A DNA stretch of 32,000 nucleotides from Deltaproteobacteria bacterium (GTDB lineage: Bacteria; Desulfobacterota; DSM-4660; Desulfatiglandales; B25-G16): contig CP070673.1 of NCBI GenBank assembly GCA_020351915.1, forward strand, positions 4,812,889 through 4,844,888. Direction: 5' to 3'. A model generated the notes under the pieces. The model made no database searches. It had not been told where the DNA came from and saw only the letters and a list, made by a program, of their open reading frames with translations. The position numbers and the translations under genes are program-made. Positions within the stretch are counted from its first letter, which is position 1. Each line of letters starts with the position of its first letter. Shown one piece after another: positions 23,740 to 30,864 of the stretch.

Positions 23740-24739
23740 AATCTCTACCTCCATACTTAAAAGTTATTAATCTGATACCTCGTGGAGCCCAAGCTACAAA
23801 TGCGGCCGAAAGGCTTCCTTACCGGGGCTTGTTATACACCCAGTCTTCTCCAAGGTACAATTCGTCTCCTTCTTTGGAATAATATAGTGATTCAAGAGGG
23901 GGAATAAGCTCTCGCATGCATGTAAGTTAGTATAGTGTAGAGTATTTTGTGTAAGTTGTGTAAAGGTAGAAAAATAGAGCTTATACTTTTCTAAGGATTT
24001 TACTTACCCCACTTTTTTTACTAAACCCCCCGGCTAATGTCAATATTTTTTCATTCCTGTAGCCCCCGAACAAAGCCCTGAGAATGGGCTTATCACATGA
24101 TACCCCGTATAACGTTTCAGTTCTTTCTGGAAAGAACTGATATCTGGCAGGTGTCAGTTGAGGGCTCTATCGAAGTCATGATAGAAGCTTCAGATCCTGA
24201 ACGATTGGGAACTGAGTGGCAAACGCATCCCCAACAGGCGCTGTGGAATCATAGTCTTGGCTTTGTCTATGGGGTAGGAAACAAAACTCGATTACTGCAT
24301 TGCTACAGGCAAGAGGTTGAATCTTTCAAAGAGGAAAGGATAATAGAAAATAGAGGATCGGTGAGCAGTCAAAAAGATCTGTGCGCCTTAGTCCACAGCT
24401 TTCTCTATTGACCTGTCTGAAACATTAGATACATGCAAAATTGCCTTACGTGATGCTTTGTATCCTTTACATAAAACACTTGCTTCCCTGAGTAGGATTC
24501 TGTTAATTTGGATTTGGCGCACAGACTGGCCGGAAGTCCACGAGAGGCATCTGCTTGGGGTGTAAGTGTTGTGGGGCGTAGAGACTAGAAATTACTGTAG
24601 TGGTTTCTCAATTGTTGCAATTGCTAAAATGGAACTGACAAAGGATGGCCAAACCGTCATTCTGCATCCAGAGTGGTTAGTTCAAGCCAATATTCAACTC
24701 CTCCAGGATTAAAGATGATTAAACAACACTGACAATGTA

Positions 24740-25618
24740 TTGGGTTCAATGCTTATTGGAAATTTAATATACGGATTACTCAATAGTGCTATCCTGGCGT
24801 TTATGGCCCTTGGTTTTAGCCTGACCTTTGGTATAAGTGGGGTAGCTAATTTTGCCCATGGGGCCCTATATGTCTTTGTCGGGTATGCGACGTTGGTTCT
24901 CTATGAGCAGTTGAGTTTTCCATATATTTTGTCTGTTGTGGTATCTACCCTTTTTGCGGGCCTTTTTGGTGGGCTCATGTATCGGTTTATTGTCCTGCGC
25001 GTACGTGGCCAGATTACTTCTGAGGTGATAGCTACATTTGGGGTGGGGCTGGTAATACTGGAATTAGTGCATTATTCTACTGGTGGTTATGCGTATAATC
25101 TGCCGGTTCTTGTTGACCGTAGTTTCGAGGTTGCGGGTGTATATATAGATGGGCAGCGGCTAATTATTTTAGCGGTCTGTGCAATACTCATCTTCTCTCT
25201 CTGGCTTTTCACCAATTATACCCGAATTGGCCGTGCCTTCAGGGGGATAGCACAGGATGAACGTACAGCTCTCTCCTTAGGCATAAATTCAGACTGGATG
25301 GCCACTTTGAGCATTTCCTTCGGTGCAATGCTGGCTGGCCTGGCCGCAATATGTATCTTTCCCTTAGGGTCTCTAGCTATTGGTGAGGGCTACAATGTCT
25401 TGCTGATGGCATTGGCCGTCAGTATTATAGGTGGTCTTGGTAGGACAGGGGGAGTAGTTCTTGCCAGTCTTTTTATTGGCTTTTCTGAGCAGTTCACAAA
25501 TTTCTATATAGGCCCAAACTTGAAAATGGTGGTCGGTCTTGCTGCTATGTGCTTAGTACTGGCTATCAAGCCCTCCGGTCTCCTTGGACAGCAGAAGGAA
25601 CTGGAAGAGAGGATTTAA
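24740..25618 (+). CDS. ABC transporter permease, LivH-like
   Basis: 292 aa, multi-pass hydrophobic. It has the N-terminal ..LLNSAILAFMALGFSLTFGISGVANFAHGAL.. signature of the LivH family. The start is uncertain (TTG 24740 per the track, or in-frame ATG 24749) and the RBS is weak. Confidence 0.85.
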   Translation: MGSMLIGNLIYGLLNSAILAFMALGFSLTFGISGVANFAHGALYVFVGYATLVLYEQLSFPYILSVVVSTLFAGLFGGLMYRFIVLRVRGQITSEVIATFGVGLVILELVHYSTGGYAYNLPVLVDRSFEVAGVYIDGQRLIILAVCAILIFSLWLFTNYTRIGRAFRGIAQDERTALSLGINSDWMATLSISFGAMLAGLAAICIFPLGSLAIGEGYNVLLMALAVSIIGGLGRTGGVVLASLFIGFSEQFTNFYIGPNLKMVVGLAAMCLVLAIKPSGLLGQQKELEERI

Positions 25619-26616
25619 TGGGGCAGCGAAAAGAGCGGTTAGATCGAGGCATCAAGGCGAGATCAGACGACATATATGCCCTATGCTCTTGGGGGGAAAT
25701 GGTTTATCTAGCTGGGCCGAGATTATTTCTTATTTTGGCTTTTGCATTTCTGCCACTTCTCTTGAACTATTACTGGCAAAAGGTGTTTTTATCTGCGGGT
25801 GTCTTTGCCATGTTGGCCATCAGCTGGGATATGTTAGAGCAAAGTGGGATGGTATCTCTTGGGCAAGCTTTCTTTTTTGGGGTAGGTGCTTATTTCGCCG
25901 GTATCATGAATCATTCGTGGGGCTGGCCTGTGTATGTCACCATCCCTATGGCGACTGTTTGTGGGGCCCTCTTCTGTACCATTTCCCTCTTACCAGTTTT
26001 AAGATTACGCGGAATATATTTTGCCATGGTGACTTTGATACTACCCATCATGCTGGGTAGGATAATTGAAGCTACAAAGATCTTTGGGGGTACAGTGGGG
26101 CTCAGCGGACTGGACCCACTTCCATCAAGATGGGTAGAACTATACCTTGTTCTGGCCGCCCTTGTGGCCGCCTTCTTTGGCTCTAGACGGCTAATGGATT
26201 CAGATTTTGGTTTAGCTCTCAAGGGTATGAAAGATAATGATCGATCCATTATGAGCGCTGGTATTAACATTTACTGGCTTAAGGCACAGATCCTATTTGT
26301 CTCTAGTGGCCTGGGAGCGTTTGTCGGCGCTTATATGACCCACGTGTACATGTTTGTTGGCATGCCTGCCTTCGCCTTGGACTATTCTATACTTCCTATT
26401 GCGGCCGCTGTCGTGGGTGGGGTGGGAACACTCACTGGTCCGATGTTAGGGGCCTTCATTCTGGTACCCCTGTCAGAGATCTTACGCGGTATTGGCGGCT
26501 TTCGCATGGCATTGTACGGATTTTTTCTAGTGTTTTTTATCGTGGGATTACCTGAAGGCATTTTTCACTATATCCAGAGGAAATATCATCAGTTCGAACG
26601 ATGGGTTGAGGTGTAG
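25618..26616 (+). CDS. ABC transporter permease, LivM-like
   Basis: The track ORF starts at 25549, inside the upstream gene. The in-frame ATG at 25618 overlaps the LivH-like stop (TAATG) and follows GGAAGAGAGGA. The product is hydrophobic with ..GQAFFFGVGAY.. and ..GGTVGL.., typical of LivM. Confidence 0.85.
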   Translation: MGQRKERLDRGIKARSDDIYALCSWGEMVYLAGPRLFLILAFAFLPLLLNYYWQKVFLSAGVFAMLAISWDMLEQSGMVSLGQAFFFGVGAYFAGIMNHSWGWPVYVTIPMATVCGALFCTISLLPVLRLRGIYFAMVTLILPIMLGRIIEATKIFGGTVGLSGLDPLPSRWVELYLVLAALVAAFFGSRRLMDSDFGLALKGMKDNDRSIMSAGINIYWLKAQILFVSSGLGAFVGAYMTHVYMFVGMPAFALDYSILPIAAAVVGGVGTLTGPMLGAFILVPLSEILRGIGGFRMALYGFFLVFFIVGLPEGIFHYIQRKYHQFERWVEV

Positions 26617-26618
26617 AG

Positions 26619-27374
26619 ATGAGCTCTTCTTCTTTGTTGCAAGTTTCCGAGCTCTCGAAGCATTTCGGTGGCGTCCAGGCTTTATTTGCTCTCAGTTTCG
26701 ATCTAAATGAAGGAGAACTATTGGGTATTATTGGGCCTAATGGATCGGGAAAGACAACAACTGTTAACCTTATTACCGGCTTCGTAAAACCAAATTCGGG
26801 CAGGGTCCTCTATCGTGGCAAGGATATCACTGGGTGGGCTCCATATAAAATAGCTCGTCTGGGTATAGCGAGGACTTTTCAAATGGTCAAGCCCTTCTAT
26901 CGTCTTCCGGCTTTCAAGAATTTGATCATTCATCTGTATTCGCCCCGGGTCAAACGGCTTGCCGGTGGGAAATATGGTGACCGGGAGGCGGTGGCCTTGG
27001 ATCTCTTGGAAGAGGTAGGCTTTGAAAGGGATGCTTTTGTGGCATACAAGGCTGCCGGGGTCCTTCCCCAGGGCTACCTCAAGAAATTGGAGTTGGCCAA
27101 AGCGATTGCCTTGGAACCAGATCTTCTAATCCTGGATGAGCTTTTCTCTGGCTTGAGTCTGGCTGAAGTAAGTAGCATAGTACCAATTGTCGAGAAATTG
27201 AAGGTGGGGGGAAAGCCGATCATCATGATTGAACATCGGCTGAGAGAACTCTTTAGGATCGCTGATCGAGTGATTGTCCTCAATTATGGGCGGAAGATAG
27301 CCGAAGGAGCTCCATATGAGATTATAGAGAAGGAGGAGGTCAAGCAGGCTTATTTAGGGAGTGAGGTAGATTAG
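26619..27374 (+). CDS. ABC transporter ATP-binding protein, LivG-like
   Basis: Walker A GPNGSGKTT, Q-loop ARTFQ, Walker B LLILDE and H-loop IEHR. The signature region reads LPQGYLKKLELAKA rather than the LSYGQQRRLEIA type. Confidence 0.9.
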   Translation: MSSSSLLQVSELSKHFGGVQALFALSFDLNEGELLGIIGPNGSGKTTTVNLITGFVKPNSGRVLYRGKDITGWAPYKIARLGIARTFQMVKPFYRLPAFKNLIIHLYSPRVKRLAGGKYGDREAVALDLLEEVGFERDAFVAYKAAGVLPQGYLKKLELAKAIALEPDLLILDELFSGLSLAEVSSIVPIVEKLKVGGKPIIMIEHRLRELFRIADRVIVLNYGRKIAEGAPYEIIEKEEVKQAYLGSEVD

Positions 27375-27375
27375 A

Positions 27376-28122
27376 GTGTTGGAAGTGAGGAATTTAATGG
27401 TCTTCTTTGAAAATGCCTTGGCCTTGAATGACTTTTCCATAGTAGTTCGTCAAGGTGAGATTGTAGGGGTTATTGGCTCCAACAGTGCAGGCAAAACCAC
27501 CTTAATGAATACGATCTCAGGCCTCATAATCGATATGAAGCTAAAAGAGAAGCGGAGGGGCGGTGAACGGATAACCATATATGGAGAGATAATCTTCCAA
27601 GGTGAAAATATTATGGATATGGAGCCATACAACAGGGTGAAAAAGGGTATTGTCCTTAGCCGAGAAAGGCATCCGGTATTCCCGGAAACCGATGTGATGG
27701 GAAATTTAAAGATAGCCGCTCACCTGAGAAAAAAGTCAGAAGCTAAGGAAATGTACGAATATGTTTTCAATCTTTTTCCTATTCTTGCTCCCTTGAAGAG
27801 GCGCAAGGCAGGGTTTCTGAGCGGGGGTGAGCAGCAGATGCTATCCATTGGTATGGCCTTGATTGCAAGGCCTACACTTCTTTTGCTCGACGAACCTCTT
27901 CTTGGTCTCAGTCCACATGTGCAGTCTGTCCTCGTTGACGCCATTGAAAATCTAAAGAGTTCCCTGGGTATCACTATTCTGATAACTGAACAATTCGCAC
28001 GGCCTATATTGCCTATGATAAGTAGTGGATGTATCATCGAAAATGGGATGCTCGCCCTGACCGGTACAGGAGCCGAGCTAATGGATAATCCAGATGTTAA
28101 GGCAGCATACTTCGGGGTCTGA
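27376..28122 (+). CDS. ABC transporter ATP-binding protein, LivF-like
   Basis: GTG start. Walker A GSNSAGKTT, signature LSGGEQQMLSIGMAL and Walker B LLLLDEP. About 14 extra residues (..IDMKLKEKRRGGERITIYGE..) follow the P-loop helix relative to E. coli LivF as I recall it. Confidence 0.9.
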   Translation: MLEVRNLMVFFENALALNDFSIVVRQGEIVGVIGSNSAGKTTLMNTISGLIIDMKLKEKRRGGERITIYGEIIFQGENIMDMEPYNRVKKGIVLSRERHPVFPETDVMGNLKIAAHLRKKSEAKEMYEYVFNLFPILAPLKRRKAGFLSGGEQQMLSIGMALIARPTLLLLDEPLLGLSPHVQSVLVDAIENLKSSLGITILITEQFARPILPMISSGCIIENGMLALTGTGAELMDNPDVKAAYFGV

Positions 28123-28127
28123 CTCCT

Positions 28128-29774
28128 ATGAACCAGGGCCAGACAAGGAACATATATCCAACCTTCGAGGAGGTGGTCAAGAAACGTGGGAGGCACACGG
28201 CTGTGGTCTTTCTCGGTACAAGATACTCTTATCAGAGGTTGAAAGACTTATCCGAAACATTTGCGAGTGCCTTGTTACACCTAGGAGTCAAACAAGGGGA
28301 TAAGGTCATCCTTTATGTCCCTAACAGTATTCAGTGGGTGATTGTCTGGCTGGGCATTCAGAGAATCGGTGGGGTGTGCGTGCCTATAACACCCATATAT
28401 ACACCTTACGATATCGAATATATCGCCAATGATAGCGGTGCAGTAGCTATTGTTTGTGCTGATATCAATTTTGGATACGTGACAAGGGTCTTGCCCAAAA
28501 CCAATATCAAGCTGGTGGTGATTTCCAGGATGGCCGATCTTCTGCCCTGGTGGAAAAGGCTATTTGGATTCCTCTTTGATAGAACACCAAAAGGTAGAAT
28601 AGGTCTTGTCGAAAACACGTACTTACTCAGAAAACTGCTGTCTAAATACCACGGCCAGACGGACCAGTTGCCTGAGGTTGAACAAGCCGCGGAAGACTTA
28701 GTAGAGATAATGTATACTGGTGGTACCACCATGAGACCCAAAGGGGTTCCCGTTACCTCTAATAGCTTTCTACAATCTTGTCATATATCAGTCGGAGGAT
28801 TTGCAGCCCTCATCCCGCCCGAGACAAATATCATTGCAAGCAATGCGCCCCTTTTTCATATTTTAGGGCAAACTGCTGGCATGAGCACAATTATAGTTGG
28901 GGGAGGAACTTTGCTTATCTACCCTCGGGTGAACCTGGACGCCTTTTTGGAGGCTATCCAGCGATTCAGGGTAAAGACAATGCTCGGCGTTCCCTTGCTT
29001 TACCGGATGATACTGGAACATAGCCGTCTCGATCAATACGACCTGAGCTCTGTTGAGATCTGGTTTGCTGGGGGGGACGTTCTTCCTGTCGAGGTTGGGA
29101 ACCGGTGGCGTGATAAATTCGGTAAGTTTATATGTCAGGCATACGGGACAACAGAGACCTGCGGTGGCATATCCATGTGCCCGCTAGATAAAGATAGCCC
29201 GCCAAAAAGTGCAGGTAGACTTTATCCTGGTGTAAAAATCCAAATCGTTGACCCCGCCACTCTGAAACCTGTAAAACCCGGAGAGCCAGGGGAATTACTT
29301 GTTACTCTAGATTCAATGGTTCGCAGTTACTGGAACAACCCAGAGGAGACTAAAAAGTCCTTTGTAAAGCTGGACGGCGTTGTATGGTATCGCACTTCTG
29401 ACATTATGTCTATGGATGAAGAGGGGAACCTCTACTTTTTGGACCGAACCGTAGATACCATAAAACATAAAGGCTACCGCGTGTCGTCCTCTGAGATAGA
29501 ATCGCTGTTAAAAGAGCACCCGGCAATCATGGATTCCTGTGTGGTAGGGGTACCAGATTCAAGGGTAGGGGAAAGGATTAAGGCCTTTGTGGTTCTCAAG
29601 GAAGATATCAAAGGTATTACCGGCTACGACCTTATTAGATGGTGTAGAGAAAGACTCCCTTCGTATAAGGTTCCTCAATACATAGAGTTCAGGGATATGC
29701 TTCCTAAATCCAAGGTAGGTAAACTGTTAAGAAGAGAGATGAGGAGCGAGGAGATGCGAAGACAGGAAAAATAA
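28128..29774 (+). CDS. AMP-forming acyl-CoA ligase, FadD-like (medium/long-chain or arylalkanoate type)
   Basis: 548 aa. Motifs: YTGGTTMRPKGV (A3), QAYGTTETCG (A5), WYRTSDIMSMDEEGNLYFLDRTVDTIKHKGYRVSSSEIE (A7/A8) and PKSKVGKLLRRE (A10 Lys). Confidence 0.9.
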   Translation: MNQGQTRNIYPTFEEVVKKRGRHTAVVFLGTRYSYQRLKDLSETFASALLHLGVKQGDKVILYVPNSIQWVIVWLGIQRIGGVCVPITPIYTPYDIEYIANDSGAVAIVCADINFGYVTRVLPKTNIKLVVISRMADLLPWWKRLFGFLFDRTPKGRIGLVENTYLLRKLLSKYHGQTDQLPEVEQAAEDLVEIMYTGGTTMRPKGVPVTSNSFLQSCHISVGGFAALIPPETNIIASNAPLFHILGQTAGMSTIIVGGGTLLIYPRVNLDAFLEAIQRFRVKTMLGVPLLYRMILEHSRLDQYDLSSVEIWFAGGDVLPVEVGNRWRDKFGKFICQAYGTTETCGGISMCPLDKDSPPKSAGRLYPGVKIQIVDPATLKPVKPGEPGELLVTLDSMVRSYWNNPEETKKSFVKLDGVVWYRTSDIMSMDEEGNLYFLDRTVDTIKHKGYRVSSSEIESLLKEHPAIMDSCVVGVPDSRVGERIKAFVVLKEDIKGITGYDLIRWCRERLPSYKVPQYIEFRDMLPKSKVGKLLRREMRSEEMRRQEK

Positions 29775-30056
29775 TGCGGGGAGCAACAAGACGCTCATAT
29801 ATGAATCCACTTTTTCCCTTCTAGGATTTACCCAAAAGGGGCACATGTATTTCTTGCTCCAGGACGGTCTTTTCTTTTGGCTTTCCTTTCTCAATTCTAA
29901 CAACAGCAAAACATAGTGGCTTTATCAAATTTTCAGCCTGCCAAAATCTCTGGTCCTGACCAACCAGTCCGACGTGACTATACTTCCCATGATTCAGTGC
30001 TGAGATATTAGGTGACTTGGAAGTAAACATTTGAACCCTCTTAAGCTAAATGATCC

Positions 30057-30335
30057 TTGAAATTGGTAAGTCGTAGCATGCCAATAGATCAGCAGAGATT
30101 GTTTGAGATGATCCGAGCGGATATCAGGGGGAGTGCTGGTCAGTACCTGACGAAGATGATGAATACGGAGTCGAGGCACTTTCTTGATAGAGTTGGAAGA
30201 TATAAAATCTACAGAACAAAGCAAAAAAAAGTATTGACAAAATTAGAAGATATTGATATATGTTCTACCTACCGGTCGGTTATAAGTATTTCAGGTGACT
30301 TTTCCCATATCGGCGACTATCTCGGACCAGTATAG
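30057..30335 (+). pseudogene. Possible N-terminal stump of an IS256/Mutator-family transposase
   Basis: The ORF fragment ..IDQQRLFEMIRADIRGSAGQYLTKMMNTESRHFLDRVGRY.. resembles the N-terminal L..(M/V)(I/V)R......L..LM..E...FL....Y(E)R region of IS256-type transposases. The DDE domain is absent. Weak by-eye match. Confidence 0.25.
30234..30262 (+). promoter_or_regulatory. Sigma70-like promoter candidate: TTGACA - 17 nt - TATATG
   Basis: A perfect -35 hexamer at 30234-30239 and a 4/6 -10 at 30257-30262 with a 17-nt spacer. It points toward the intron fragment and the bis-MGD gene about 600 nt downstream. Confidence 0.25.
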
Positions 30336-30440
30336 GATCTGCCGCGATGTCTGCATTCACCACAAGATCCTGGGCTGCCTTTGTCATTAACACCCAATGG
30401 CAAGTTCCATATACTTCGTCCCACAAAAAGGGAGTCCTTA

Positions 30441-30800
30441 GTGCGCCAGGCAAAGCCTGCGAGATCCAGTTGGTTAAGAAGCCAACCTGACAAAGTTAGC
30501 CGACCGTCAGAACCGAGTTTTCCATCCATACGGGTAATCGTATGGGTGAAGCGTAAACAGGGTGGCAGTAGGCCATAATCCTTGAAGGGTGAAGGTGTTC
30601 AGCCTCGAAAACGCTTATGTTGTGGAGCAAGTCCAAGTGATTAAGCACACCGAAGGCAGCAACGAAATCATCGTTAGAGGCAAGATGGTGGAAACTCCAC
30701 CGGGGTCACAGTCCACGGCATGCTGTCCAAGGGATCTCACAGGAACCTGGGAGGACCTATGTATTTTGTCCCCTCTGGAGACAAGGCAAACTCACCCCCT
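30441..30800 (+). mobile_element. 5' fragment of a group II intron (domain I to about the start of domain IV); no reverse-transcriptase ORF, no domain V/VI
   Basis: It starts with the canonical GTGCG (GTGCGCCAGGCAAAGCCTGCGAG..). Purine-rich, hairpin-dense strings typical of bacterial group II domain I-III follow (..CCATACGggtaatCGTATGG, GGTGAAGGTG, GAAGGCAGCAACGAAATC, GGTGGAAACTCCACC..). It ends in ..CACAGGAACCTGGGAGGACC.., which in full-length introns I recall lies just before the IEP start. The next gene starts at 30865, so at least 1.5 kb of a normal intron is missing. The 3' boundary is approximate. Confidence 0.5.
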
Positions 30801-30864
30801 CTATGGGTTAACTTAATACCACCCCCTCTGGGGGTAGCTTCTTTATAAAAGGAGGGTAAAAGAG

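Noticed and set aside
24097-24411. 104-aa plus-strand ORF between the binding-protein and permease genes
   Set aside because: No Shine-Dalgarno upstream and no recognisable domain. It sits in a divergent intergenic region. I keep it only as a remote possibility, mentioned under the transporter finding.
25549-25617. Track start of the LivM-like permease at 25549 and the alternative-frame ORF 25584-26060
   Set aside because: The 25549 start would overlap the LivH-like gene by 70 nt. The ATG at 25618 with the TAATG overlap and an RBS is the conventional coupled start. The ORF 25584-26060 is an out-of-frame shadow.
29821-30224. Minus-strand ORFs of 69 and 76 aa after the second CoA ligase, considered as transposase fragments
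   Set aside because: I could not match them to any IS family motif from memory. They have no RBS. I leave them as unassigned debris.
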